From the NCBI GenBank assembly GCA_951406725.2, contig OX597815.1, positions 3,968,001 to 4,032,000 of the forward strand: 64,000 nt of DNA, in the 5' to 3' direction. Below the pieces are notes generated by a model. That model saw only the letters and a program-made list of their open reading frames with translations. It searched no databases and was not told the DNA's origin. A program made the position numbers and the translations under genes. This stretch comes from Octopus vulgaris. Taxonomy: Eukaryota. The first letter of the stretch is position 1. Each line of letters begins with the position of its first letter. This document shows positions 14,522 to 28,918 of this stretch, in pieces.

Positions 14522-14816
14522 AGTATTTGTAAATGAACATATACATATACACACACATACATATACATATATATGTATTTGCATATATGTATACACACAG
14601 ATGGACTGACAGAGAGATACATACAAACATGTATATATATATATATATATATATATAAACCAGGTCTGTTTCTATTTGAAAATCAATAGAAAGTGTGAAA
14701 CCGGTTAAAGCTCTGACTATGTTTATAAGAAATATTTAAACTGTTCTCAGTACATTTTAAAATTCTAATTTTCCTGTATTTCTTCCTGTGTGTAATAAAA
14801 TGAATTTGTATTCTAT

Positions 14817-14861
<45 letters not shown>

Positions 14862-14950
14862 TTGTATTAAAAAATAACAATTGATGTTAGTCAATTGTTG
14901 TTAATTTATATATGTATATATGTATATATATATATAAGAAAGAAGAACTA

Positions 14951-15041
14951 AGTACAATCGTTTATACGAGAGACTAGGCTTTATTAAAAGTTGCAAAAAT
15001 TGCAGCATATAAAGCCTGTCTTTGTATGAAACGATTGTACT
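14951..15041. repeat. Imperfect inverted repeat with hammerhead 3' half
   Basis: AGTACAATCGTTT...AAACGATTGTACT. The right arm reads GAAAC-GATT-GTA. Confidence 0.7.
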
Positions 15042-15243
15042 AAAAACTTATCCATTCTTGTTGCTTCTTTCTCGCTTATAATCACCCCACATTACTGTAT
15101 GGTTAAAACCGTATAGTTTTTTGGTGCATCTAAGTTAGGTACCATATTCAAGTAAATTCATTAAAATTGACTTGAATCTTTATTGCTTTTTGTATATATA
15201 TATATATACACTCATATACACACACACACATATATATATACAC

Positions 15244-15293
<50 letters not shown>

Positions 15294-16136
15294 GTATATA
15301 TACATATATATGAATAATATATATATATATGCATATATATATATAACTATATATATATACATTTATATATACATATATATAGTTATATATGTGTATATAT
15401 ATATATATATATATAAATATATATATATACATATATATATATGTGTGTGTGTGTATACTTATATAAATGGAGGTGGGTTCTGTCCATTAAACTCTATACT
15501 CCATACCTTATATGTCGGTACATTTTCGACGGTTTCCGCGTACATAAACGCTTTCCCAAATCTGTAAATAAACCTGCTCATAACTGTAGAAGTTTCGAGG
15601 AAGCTATAAGGTGATGCACAACCTCTCGACACTGAATGCACTGCATCTCATAGCAGAAACACCTGTAAGCCTATGAAGGTGATTACATAATTCTTGTTCT
15701 TTTGTCTTTCATTTAATTCCTCATGTGTATGTGAGTATGCTTTTCGTTTATGTTTTATTCGTGTTGTGAGTGTTCAAACCGATCGCTAACGAAGCGTCTG
15801 TTTGAATTAAAATGTGAGGTTTGTTTGTAAATCTGTGGTTGAGTTTGTGAGTTGGTTTGGACTGTTGATACATACACGCAAATGTGTAACCTGTTCACAT
15901 AAGGATCTCAGATGGAGAATTTTGGAGATGTCTTACAGATCTTAATTGTGCCACCAACGGGTTAGATTTGCAGAAAAACCTTGCAATTGTGCAAATTTGT
16001 GGGTGCATAGCCTAATGCACCCTAATGCACCGATTAGCACAAATGAGAATTTATAATCAACGTCCAAGAGATGTACTCTCGGCACCAATCCATTATAAAT
16101 CTTCTCTTTTTTCCTGAACTTTTCACGGTACATTCG

Positions 16137-16179
<43 letters not shown>

Positions 16180-16180
16180 A

Positions 16181-16433
16181 TTCTTTTATTGTTTTACTTG
16201 TTTCAGTTATTTGACTGCGGCCATGCTGGAGCACCGCCTTTGGTGGAGCAAATCGACCCCTGGACTTATTCTTTGTAAGCCTAGTATTTATTCTATCGGC
16301 CTCTTTTGCCGAACCGCTATATTACGGTTGTCAAGCGATGTTGGTGGGGGTGACAAACACAGACACACATACCTACCTACCTACCTACCTACCTACCTAC
16401 CTACCTACCTACCTACATACATACATACATACA

Positions 16434-16516
<83 letters not shown>

Positions 16517-16864
16517 TCATCATCATCATCATCATCGTTTAACGTCCGTTTTCCGCGCTAGCACGGGTTGACGGTTTCGACCGGGGTCTGGGGATCGGGA
16601 CTGCCCCAGGCTCCATCTAGTCTGGCATACAGCTGGATGCCCTTCCTAACGCCAACCACTCCGCGAGTGTAGTGGGTGTTTTTTACATATATATATATAT
16701 ACGACAAGCTTCTTTTAGTTTCCGTCTACCAAATCCACTCACAAGGCTTTGGTTGGCCCGAGGCTATAGTAGAAGACACTTGCCCAAAGTGCCACGCAGT
16801 GGAACTGAACCCGGAAACATGTCGTTGGTAAGCAGCCTACTTACCACACAACCACTCCTGCGCC
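16181..16864 (-). mobile_element. SINE family A with a nested insertion in its microsatellite
   Basis: Tail at 16181-16370, head at 16700-16864. Confidence 0.8.
16513..16686 (-). mobile_element. Retroposon 3' fragment with (GAT)n tail (RTE-like 3' UTR or SINE)
   Basis: (TCA)nTCGTTTAACGTCCGTTTTCCG...GATGCCCTTCCTAACGCCAACCAC. Same family as 45765-46083. Confidence 0.7.
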
Positions 16865-16966
16865 TATATTGGTATATATATATATATATGTTTCGCTTCA
16901 CCGGCCATATTTAGTAGAAGTGATCCCTTGGTGAAATTTATTAACTTCGAAACGACAGTTGGTGCA

Positions 16967-17050
16967 GACTCTGATGAAACTGCACCGACCATGACACCAG
17001 GTTGCATGTGCAACAACGTGCAGTCGATGCAGCTGAAACGCGCGTAGGTC
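16967..17050 (+). ncRNA. Type I hammerhead ribozyme, intact core
   Basis: Stem I GACT/GGTC; core CTGATGA; stem II CTGCA-C-CGAC/GTCG-A-TGCAG; GAAA; palindromic stem III AC-GCGC-GT; GUA cleavage triplet. Confidence 0.75.
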
Positions 17051-17167
17051 CAGAAAAGGAAGCTGTAAAGAAATGTCTAATAAATTTATGAATGAAAAAT
17101 CTCTCTTCTCCTTATCCTTATTAAAACACATATAAATATATTCATTTTATTTTATTTTATTTTATTT

Positions 17168-17398
17168 TATCTAGTTTCAGCTCACGAGCTGTGGCCATGC
17201 TGGGGCACCGCCATTTTTTTCTTATTTTTTAAAGTCGATTACATCGACCCCAGGGCGTAACTGGTACTTAATTTATCGACCCCGAAAGGATGAAAGGCAA
17301 AGTCGACCTCGGCGGAATTTGAACTCAGAACGTAACGGCAGACGAAATACTGCTACACATTTCGCCCGGCGTGCTAACGATTCTGCCAGCTCACCGGC
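17168..17398 (-). mobile_element. SINE family B monomer with an alternative tail
   Basis: One core. The tail reads AGTTTCAGCTCACGAGCTGTGGCCATGCTGGGGCACCGCC on the plus strand. Confidence 0.75.
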
Positions 17399-17530
17399 TA
17401 TATATAAATATGTAAATATATTTATTCATATAAATAAGGATGAGATCGTTATTTGAAGTACCAATCATATCAGGTGGATAGCATGGGAATAAAAACCTCA
17501 TAGGTAATAATTATTATTGAAATTATAATT

Positions 17531-17670
17531 AGGGCATCTAAGAGATACTACCATGCTAGATATAGCAGCCAAAACTTGACTCTAAAACCACATTAGATGA
17601 TCATGTAATGTGGTTTTAGAGTCAAGTTTTGGCTGCTATATCTAGCATGGTAGTATCTCTTAGATGCCCT
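17531..17670. repeat. Near-perfect 140-bp palindrome
   Basis: 17531-17595 is the exact reverse complement of 17606-17670. The centre G-ATGATCAT-G is itself palindromic except for one G/G mismatch. Confidence 0.95.
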
Positions 17671-17836
17671 TAATTACGGTTTTATATTTATTTATATATA
17701 GGTGAAATTTACAGACAAAAATATAAAACGACAGGTGTATGAACAACAAACATGTGTATTAGTTTGACGCACGGGAAAATGACAGAGGAATTGACATGTA
17801 TATATACATACATACACATATATATACATATATGAA

Positions 17837-17865
<29 letters not shown>

Positions 17866-17868
<3 letters not shown>

Positions 17869-18068
17869 GTTAATCCAAACAAGAAAGCACAAAAAAAACA
17901 CAACAACGCGAGGGCGTGGAACAAATATAGTATTATTGGACGCTCAGGAAAGAAGGGAAGAAGGGGGGTTAACGTTTCGAGCGGAGCTCTTCGTCGGAAA
18001 CATAGGAGAAGAAAGATCCAGAGAAGGGAAGACAGAGGAAAAAAAATCGCCAACGGTGCACACGAGGT

Positions 18069-18072
<4 letters not shown>
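17866..18072 (-). mobile_element. ~205-bp (TA)n-embedded element (family H1) with hammerhead variant; probable Penelope pseudo-LTR relic
   Basis: Minus strand CCGACGA-A-GAGC(tcc)GCTC-GAAAC-GTT at 17969-17997, flanked by (TA)n. Other copies at 26047, 26343, 52999 and 59833. Confidence 0.7.
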
Positions 18073-18141
<69 letters not shown>

Positions 18142-18264
18142 TATATATATATATACATACACACACACATATGCAGAGATATAAATATATGCCTACACAC
18201 ACATACACACACACACATACATACATATATTTATACGAAAATATATGGCTCAAGATGTTTGTAG

Positions 18265-18574
18265 AGGAGCCAGTCGAAAGGATGAAAGGCACAGTCGACC
18301 TCGGCGGAATTTGAACTCACAACGTAACGGCAGGCGAAATACTAATTTCTTTACTACCCACAAGGGGCCAAACACAGAGAGGACAAACAAGGACAGACAA
18401 ACAGATTAATCGATTATATCGACCCCAGTGCGTAACTGGTACTTAATTTATCGACCCCGAAAGGATGAAATGCAAAGTCGACCTCGGCGGAATTTGAACT
18501 CAGAACGTAACGGCAGGCGAAATACGGCTACGCATTTCGCCCGCCGTGCTAACGATTCTGCCAGTTCGCCGCCC
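18265..18574 (-). mobile_element. SINE family B dimer
   Basis: Two cores, with the tRNA-like head at the right end. Confidence 0.8.
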
Positions 18575-18651
18575 TAATGTTTGAATGAATATTGATGCAC
18601 CCATTGTATTGATCTTTAAACACAAACACACGCATGTGTGTGTGTGTGCGA

Positions 18652-18688
<37 letters not shown>

Positions 18689-18902
18689 CACGTGCATATA
18701 TTTACTTTCATAATTAGCTTTGGAGAATAATTATTTTCTGATAGAAATTTTAATGTTTGAGAATATACTGCTAACAACTATTTGCATATATAAATATACA
18801 CTCCAGAATATACACTCACCAATACCCTCTTATATACCTCTTCGCATGTGTGTAACGGCATATATTTATGTGTGTCTGTGTGTCTGTGTATGTGAGTATA
18901 TG

Positions 18903-18950
<48 letters not shown>

Positions 18951-19000
18951 TGTATAAACATATGTATATACACATATATATATATACATATGTATATATG

Positions 19001-19042
<42 letters not shown>

Positions 19043-19275
19043 TATATGTACATGCATATATATTTATACATGTATATGCATATATATATTTATATATATG
19101 CATATATATATATGCATATATATATATGTATGTATTGATATATATATGTGTGTGTGCATGTGTATGTATATATATATGTATATATATATATGCATATATA
19201 TATATGTATATATATATATATGCATATATATATGTATATATATAAATATGTATATATATATATATTTATATGCAC

Positions 19276-19362
<87 letters not shown>

Positions 19363-19933
19363 AATGTGCATATATACACTCGTGTATGTGTGTACTTATT
19401 CAAATGTCTGTATGCCACCTTGTGCCTGTCTATTGTGCCATTGTTGTCAACGTCCACCGCAGTAACCGCTGTCACAGTTCGAGGCCCCCACAACACCAAA
19501 CGGGGCACCCGACCACCATAACCACAATATCTGTCCCTTCAACTAACCCCTATACCGTTTTTGTTTCGTTTCATTGCCGCTCGTTCTAAGCGCGCACACA
19601 CACACATACACACACACATACACACACATACACACACACATACACATGCACAAAGTGATGCACACACACACACACACATGCACAATGCGCACCTTCACAG
19701 AAAGACATATATTTCAACGTGTGTATGTATTTCTAATTAATTGCCATCATACTCACACGCATGCAAACACACACTCACTCACGCAGACATATAGACATAC
19801 ATACCTATATACATTTTTACGTGCACATATACATGCACGTATGTACAACATCTATAAATACATACGAGTATAAACATACACGCACACACTTATATATATA
19901 TATGCATATATATATATATGTGTGTGTGTGTGA

Positions 19934-20049
<116 letters not shown>

Positions 20050-20330
20050 TACGTACACACACACACACACATATATATATATGTATGTATATATACATAC
20101 ATATATATATGCATACGTACGTACACACACGCATATATATATATGCGTGTGTGTGCGTACGTATGCATACATATATGTATATGTATCAGATGTGTATGTA
20201 TTTGTATGTGTGCGCACGCATATACACATATATTTATATATCTATAATCATATCTACATATCTACAACCATTTATATATGTATGTATGGCGGTGTATGTG
20301 TATGTATGTAAATATCTACTGATCGATGTA

Positions 20331-20380
<50 letters not shown>

Positions 20381-20396
20381 TATTTATACAGATAGT

Positions 20397-20490
<94 letters not shown>

Positions 20491-21723
20491 TGTGTGTGTA
20501 TGTATGGATAGACATATAGATGGATAGATGGATAGATAGATACGTAGATACATACATACATGCATACATACATACATACATGCATACATACAAACATGCT
20601 TTATACATACATACATACATACATACATACATACATACATACATGCATACAAACATACATACATACATACATACATACATACATACATACATACATACAT
20701 ACATACATACATACATACATACTCTCTCTATATACATAGATGAATACATATTTTTATGAGCGTCTGGTGTGAATCTCAAAATTTCTCAAATCCATTTTCC
20801 CCCATTTTGTTTGTCTTTTGGCCGTCTTCGCTTTATTCCTCCCGATCCACCACCGCTCCTTATTATATATATATACGGCTCTTGTTTGTCTATTAGTCTT
20901 TCACAGAGACACGGTTTAAAGAAATATAGAAATAAAATATCTATTAACATGCTCGTGTACCCCATACAAGTCTTATATACACTCACACGCACACACACAG
21001 AGAAAATCACATAGTGAGCATGTATGTATGTGCGCCTATGTGTCTGTTTGCGAGTGTATATATGTTTATCCGATTGTGTACACATTTGCTTTAAAAATTT
21101 GTTTTTTTTCCCTGTTTCTTTTCATCTGTTCAACGTTTTTTATTTAATTATTTTTTACGCTGTTTTTCTTGTTCTTCTTGTTGTTCTCGTAAGTGGTGGT
21201 CAGTGAATGGAGAGAGGTCAGCCGTTGACCAAAATTAACTGCAAATAACAGCTAACATTAAACCGTGTCAACAAAGCCGCCATAATTACTTGGTTTTGAC
21301 ATAGAACAGTAAAGAACAGAGCAACATGGCGGATCGGGGAGGAAAAATGGAGGGGGGGTTTCGGGTGGGGGAGGGATATTAAGGGATGGAGGGGGGTCAG
21401 GGATGTGGGAGGGAGGAGATGAAGGACAATGATTGAGGATCACTTCTTCCCTTTGTTGAATATCATACATATAGACACACATACACACACTCACACACTC
21501 TCACACACACATACAAGGGTATGCATTGATATATAGATACATAATACATATATACACATATAAATATATATATGTGAGAATATACGTGTATGCATATATA
21601 TGTGTGTGTATGCGCATGTATGTGTATGTGTATGTATATATACATATATGTATATATGTATATATATATGTGTATATATATACATATATAAGTATATATA
21701 TATATATGTGTATATATACATAC

Positions 21724-21790
<67 letters not shown>

Positions 21791-21822
21791 TGTATATACG
21801 TATATATGCATATATGTATTTG

Positions 21823-21854
<32 letters not shown>

Positions 21855-21868
21855 AAACTTAGATAAAA

Positions 21869-21900
<32 letters not shown>

Positions 21901-21968
21901 CTTTATTTTTAAGCAGCAGAAAATTCAACAAAATCTGTTACTCTGAGTTTCTCGTTGCCGTTCATCAG
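21901..21968 (-). mobile_element. Inverted truncated copy of the hammerhead-bearing element at 22357
   Basis: Reverse complement of 22372-22438. The 5' strand of stem I is cut off. Confidence 0.85.
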
Positions 21969-22323
21969 GCGTGATTAGCAAGGTTTTTCTTCTCGCAAAA
22001 GACGAAAATTGTTTTCATATACATTGACCTCTCTGTCAACCAGTTCTCGATCCGTTAAACCTTTTATCTTGTTCTTGCTTCAGTCATTAGACTGCGCCCA
22101 TGCTGGGGCACCGCCTCGAAGAATTTTTAGTCGAACGAATCGACCTGGAGCTTATTTTTTTTAATTTTAGGCCTGGTTTATATTCTATCGGTTTCTGTTG
22201 CCGATCCACTAAGTTACGGGGATGTGAACACACCAACACCGGTTGTCAAGCGATGGTGCGGGACAGATACAAATATACATACATACATACATACATACAT
22301 ACATACAAACGTAGAAATGTATG

Positions 22324-22330
<7 letters not shown>
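21968..22330. repeat. Local duplication of 25532-25895 (unique flank plus family A SINE 3' part)
   Basis: GGCGTGATTAGC...GACGAAAATTGTTTTCATATACATTGACCTCTCTGTCAACCAG...GTATGCCTATAT occurs at both places with few differences. Confidence 0.9.
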
Positions 22331-22358
<28 letters not shown>

Positions 22359-22367
22359 TAGCAAAAA

Positions 22368-22405
22368 CTGTCTGATGAACGGCAACGAGAAACTCAGAGT
22401 AACAG
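22368..22405 (+). ncRNA. Minimal type I hammerhead ribozyme, intact core
   Basis: Stem I CTGT/ACAG; CTGATGA; short stem II CG-GCAA-CG; GAAA; quasi-palindromic ACTC-A-GAGT; GUA triplet. Lies in element 22357-22510 between (TA)n tracts. Confidence 0.75.
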
Positions 22406-22507
22406 ATTTTGTTGAATTTTCTGCTGCTTAAAATAAAGCATATTACTCTACCACTGGTATTTGAGTACTCTTTTTTCCACCTTGTTTCACATTTATGTGT
22501 TTACTCC

Positions 22508-22591
<84 letters not shown>

Positions 22592-22602
22592 CGTCATTAT
22601 TT

Positions 22603-22643
<41 letters not shown>

Positions 22644-22738
22644 GCACATGCTCATACATAGACACAAATATACATCGCTCTCATAGTAATAAATATATAC
22701 ATATGTTGGATAGCATGAGAGTACATGTACAATGGTAC

Positions 22739-22925
<187 letters not shown>

Positions 22926-23218
22926 TTACATACACACGCACACACATATATACATACTTTTTTTATACAGACATACATACATATGCATGTTCGCCTGTGT
23001 ACACATATATATCACATCAAAACACACACTTGCTCACATACACACAAACTCACATGCACGCACACATCGACGGATACACACACACACATACACACACATA
23101 CACACATACACATACACACGCACGCACACACACTTCAAATCACCACCACACATCGCGCATAGATGCTAATACAATCATACATCCACATTTATTCTTTGTC
23201 ATGCCTGCATATTCCAGC

Positions 23219-23260
<42 letters not shown>

Positions 23261-23261
23261 G

Positions 23262-23298
<37 letters not shown>

Positions 23299-23671
23299 GT
23301 TTAAACGTGCCTATAGCACAGAGGCATACGTTTACATATATGTATGTGTGTGAGTATATGTGTCTGTGTATGTAATGTGTATCTACCTACAAAACACACA
23401 CACACACACATACACACACACACAAATATGTTACCCGATTATACATTCACGCCATCCTCCGCGCGCACGCACACCCACACCGGTGAAGACCGGATCGTAG
23501 AGACCGGCGTTCGTCGTCTTTAGAATCGCTGCCAAATCGTTTTCTTACAACAGTAACATGTCCCCACTACAATCCGTAGAAAAGATGTGTGAGTATGCAT
23601 ATACCCATGTATGCAGGGGTATATGTATATATATATATAAATGTATGTACATGTATGTATATGTACATATA

Positions 23672-23722
<51 letters not shown>

Positions 23723-23724
23723 TT

Positions 23725-23755
<31 letters not shown>

Positions 23756-23778
23756 CATGTATGTATATATATGCATAA

Positions 23779-23810
<32 letters not shown>

Positions 23811-24073
23811 GCATATGCACATGTATGTATATGTATATATATATATATACACACATGTATTATATACATATATATGCATATACACGTGTATATATATATA
23901 TATATACATACACATATATATACAAATAAATATGCATGTGTATATATATATATACACGCACACAGGCACATACTCACACACATATATAACATATACATGC
24001 GCACACACACACAGATATATAGATGTGTATGTGTGTGTGTGTATATATATATATATATACACATATATATATG

Positions 24074-24352
<279 letters not shown>

Positions 24353-24516
24353 AGTAGCAAGATTCATTATTATTCCGAGAGGACGTTTTTACAATGTTTT
24401 GGAAATGCGTAGAATTAATTTTAATTGCTGAAAATGTTATCATTACCTTGGTATAATTAACTAAAAACCGACCCACCTCTCCTGAAAAAACTAGTAGGTC
24501 TTCAAAGACCCAGAAT

Positions 24517-25308
24517 ATTTTTACTGTATCTACCTTACATTTTTACTGGGTCCACCTTACATTTTTACTGGGTTCACCTTACATTTTTGCTGGGTTCACC
24601 TTACATTTTTACTGGATCCACCTTACATTTTTACTGGATCCACCTTACATTTTTACTGGATCCACCTTACATTTTTACTGGGTCCACCTTACATTTTTAC
24701 TGGGTTCACCTTACATTTTTACTGGGTCCACCTTACATTTTTACTGGATCCACCTTACATTTTTACTGGGTCCACCTTACATTTTTACTGGGTTCACCTT
24801 ACATTTTTACTGGGTCCACCTTACATTTTTACTGGGTCCACCTTACATTTTTACTGGATCCACCTTACATTTTTACTGGATCCACCTTACATTTTTACTG
24901 GGTCCACCTTACATTTTTACTGGGTTCACCTTACATTTTTACTGGGTCCACCTTACATTTTTACTGGGTTCACCTTACATTTTTACTGGGTCCACCTTAC
25001 ATTTTTACTGGGTCCACCTTACATTTTTACTGGGTCCACCTTACATTTTTACTGGGTTCACCTTACATTTTTACTGGATCCACCTTACATTTTTACTGGG
25101 TCCACCTTACATTTTTACTGGATCCACCTTACATTTTTACTGGATCCACCTTACATTTTTACTGGGTCCACCTTACATTTTTACTGGGTCCACCTTACAT
25201 TTTTACTGGGTTCACCTTACATTTTTACTGGGTTCACCTTACATTTTTACTGGGTCCACCTTACATTTTTACTGGGTTCACCTTACATTTTTACTGGGTT
25301 CACCTTAC
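24517..25308. repeat. 22-bp minisatellite, about 36 copies
   Basis: Unit CCTTACATTTTTACTGGGTCCA with variants GGGTTCA and GGATCCA. Confidence 0.95.
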
Positions 25309-25929
25309 TGCACTACAAAAGAACGTAGGTTCGGTGTAACCGTAACGGCTGGAAGAGAATCCTGAGATATTCAATACTGAGTTAGGCAAATAACCTAAGT
25401 TTGTCAATGAATAAAGATTTAGAGACGAAGATTTATTCATATAAATACCCAAGCGTAGACACAACACACCGATTAAACGACAATGGCTCTTTACAAGGGG
25501 TTTTATTCAAAAAGGCGACTTAGGGCAATATGGCGTGATTAGCGCGGTTTTTCTTCTTGCAAAGACGAAAATTGTTTTCATATACATTGACCTCTCTGTC
25601 AACCAGTTCTCGATCCGTTAAACCTTTTATCTTGTTCTTGCTTCAGTCATTAGACTGCGCCCATGCTGGGGCACCGCCTCGAAGAATTTTTAGTCGAACG
25701 AATCGACCTGGAGCTTATTTTTTTTTTATTTTTAGGCCTGGTTTACATTCTATCGGTTTCTGTTGCCGATCCACTAAGTTACGGGGATGTGAACACACCA
25801 ACACTGGTTGTCAAGCGATGGTGCGGGACAGATACAAATATACACATACACACACTCACGCACATACATACATACGTAAAAATTGTATGCCTATATATAG
25901 AGAGAGAGATAGATATATATATATACATA

Positions 25930-25965
<36 letters not shown>

Positions 25966-25987
25966 TGTATGTATGTATGTATGTATG

Positions 25988-26027
<40 letters not shown>

Positions 26028-26046
26028 TAGATAGATAGATATATAA

Positions 26047-26280
26047 AGTTAATCCAAACAAGAAAGCACAAAAAAACACAACAACGCGAGGACGTGGAAT
26101 AAATATAGTATTATTGGACGCTCAGGAAAGAAAGAAAGAAGGAGGGTTTAACGTTTCGAGCGGAGCTCTTCGTCGGAAACATAGGAGAAGGAAAGATCCA
26201 GAGAAGGGAAGACAGAGGAAAAAAAATCGGCAACGGTACACACGAGGTCACATTTATATATATGTATGTATGTATGTATG

Positions 26281-26343
<63 letters not shown>

Positions 26344-26551
26344 AGTTAATCCAAACAAGAAAGCACAAAAAAAACACAACAACGCGAGGACTTGGAATAA
26401 ATATAGTATTATTGGACGCTCAGGAAAGAAGGAAAGAAGGAGGGATTAACGTTTCGAGCGGAGCTCTTCGTCGGAAACATAAGAGAAGGAAAGATCCAGA
26501 GAAGGGAAGACAGAGGAAAAAAAATCGCCAACGGTACACACGAGGTCACAT
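26047..26551 (-). mobile_element. Two tandem family H1 elements separated by (TATG)n(TA)n
   Basis: 26047-26252 and 26343-26551 are nearly identical. Hammerhead variants at 26146-26180 and 26447-26474. Confidence 0.8.
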
Positions 26552-26588
<37 letters not shown>

Positions 26589-26834
26589 TGTATGTATGTA
26601 TGTATGTATGTATGTATGTATGTATGTATATGTCTATATATAGTTAATTAAATATATCCTTTGAGAATAAAGTGTATTGGATTTCAGATAAGTGCTCTGG
26701 ATATGAGAACTGTCTAAAGCCTTAAAGATATTTAGAGATTCAATTCGAGCGATCATGTATTAGAGAGTAAAAAGTAGGGAAAATTACATCATAAAAATCA
26801 CAGGAGAGATACGTCCGTAATACAAACAATATTG

Positions 26835-27067
26835 TATTAATAAATATATAAAGCACAGCTATGGTCATTTAAAAAATATCTTTTTAAGTTTTGAAAGTTG
26901 TTACGATCGTTTAGTGAATATACTTCCTCACAAAATGAATTCTATAACGATGCTTATCAACTTTAGATTTTATTTTGCGAGGTTGCATATTCACGAAACG
27001 ATCGTAAGAACTTTCAAAACATTAAAAAGAAATTTTAATGGTCATAGCTGTACTTTATTTATTTATT

Positions 27068-27071
<4 letters not shown>
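26835..27071. repeat. Imperfect inverted repeat with hammerhead 3' half
   Basis: ACAGCTATG..TTTTGAAAGTT..TTACGATCGTTT is mirrored by GAAAC-GATC-GTAAGAACTTTCAAAA..CATAGCTGT. Confidence 0.75.
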
Positions 27072-27148
<77 letters not shown>

Positions 27149-27606
27149 GGATTACAGTCAATGCCAGATTAAGATTCATAGAGGCCCTGGCATTAAGACT
27201 TTGGTGTCCCTGCATGTCCCTGCATGTACATAATTCAAAATATAAACAATAACAAACCATAAAATAAATTTTCATTATTCAAAATGAAACAGAAATAATA
27301 TTCTCTTCTACTCTAGGCACAAGGCCGGAAATTTTGGAGAAGGGGGCAAGTCTGTTAGATCAATCCCGGTACGCAACTGCTACTTAAAACAGAAATAATA
27401 TTAAGATGGAAAATAACGTTTATTTTTGTACACTTACACTTTGTTTATGAAAATTACTATTTGTAAATCTCTCAACGAGAGATATTCAGCAACAATACTT
27501 TGGAGTAAAGATTGTTTGCCAGCATAACATGGCAATCCTGGTTTAGGACTAATGTTGCTGTAATTTAGCCTCAGGAGATATCGTCTCCAGCTGGCTATAC
27601 AACACG

Positions 27607-27641
27607 ATATCATGAATAGCGATAGCGAAACCGGTCGATAT
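27607..27641 (+). ncRNA. Degenerate minimal hammerhead-like motif
   Basis: ATATC-ATGAATA-GC(gata)GC-GAAA-CCGG-TC-GATAT. All stems are present but the CUGANGA box is mutated. Confidence 0.45.
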
Positions 27642-27703
27642 ATTAAAAATTATATTAAAACTATATAAGTGTGCGTATTTTCCTTTTTTAATTTCTCATA
27701 AAC

Positions 27704-27797
<94 letters not shown>

Positions 27798-27835
27798 ATG
27801 TATGTATGTATGTATGTATGTATGTATGCATATAC

Positions 27836-27993
27836 ACGACGGGCTTCTTTCAATTTCCGTCTACCAAATCCACTCTCATGGCTTTGGTCAGCCCGAGGCT
27901 ATAATAGAAGATACTTAACCAAGGTGCCATGAAGTGGGACTGAACCCCAGAACCACGTGGTTCGAAAACAAGCTTCTTACCACTCAGCCTCGC
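27836..27993 (-). mobile_element. SINE family A 5' half
   Basis: Similarity to the other copies. Confidence 0.75.
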
Positions 27994-28273
27994 CTAAGTT
28001 TAGGTAAGTTTTTTTCTCCCCTCGTTTAATGCTCTTTTGTCTGAGGGGTCAAAGTTTACAGTGGAAAATCAATCAATACAATTCTAGCAAATAGTCAAGA
28101 TTTACAGCTTCGTCGCCTGTCACTCGAAAATGGCCCACGGGGAACTGAGAGGCTGGAAGAAAGCATTGTGTAAGAAAGGATGGGATGGTCACAAACTGGA
28201 ATGTCTTTGATTATAGATTGTCTTTAGCAAGACTGATCAAGAGCTAAACAATAACAAATGTTTCATTTTTTTG

Positions 28274-28640
28274 ACACAATTTTGGGGGAATGAGTCGTTT
28301 ACATCGACTCCAGTATTCCACTGGTACTTATTTTATCGACATTGAAAGGATGAAAAGCAAAGTTGACTTCGGCGGATTTGAACTCAGAACCTAGCAACCG
28401 GCGAAATACCAATTTCTTTACTACCCACAAGGGGCTAAACACAGAGAGGACAAACAAGGACAGACAAACGGATTAAGTCGATTATATCGACCCCAGTGCG
28501 TAATTGGTACTTATTTACTCAACCCCAAAAGGATGAAAGGCAAAGTCGACCTCGGCAGAATTGGAACTCAGAACGTACCAGCAGACGAAATACACCTACG
28601 CATTTCGCCCGGCATGCTAACGATTCTGCCAGCTCGCCGC
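28274..28640 (-). mobile_element. SINE family B dimer
   Basis: Two cores plus head. Confidence 0.8.
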
Positions 28641-28642
28641 GT

Positions 28643-28659
28643 TAACAACAACAACAACG

Positions 28660-28694
<35 letters not shown>

Positions 28695-28718
28695 AATAAT
28701 AATAATAATAATAATAAT

Positions 28719-28758
<40 letters not shown>

Positions 28759-28879
28759 GCGGTGGCGGCGGTGGCGGTGGCGGCGGTGGCGGTGGCGGTG
28801 TCGGTGTCGGTGGTGGTGGTGGTGGTGGTGGTGGTGGTGGTGGTGGTGGTGGTGGTGGTGGTGGTGGTGGTGGTGGTGG

Positions 28880-28918
<39 letters not shown>

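Noticed and set aside
24517-25339. CRISPR array or 250-aa repeat protein
   Set aside because: Contiguous 22-bp units with no spacers in a eukaryotic context. The ORF follows from the unit lacking stops.
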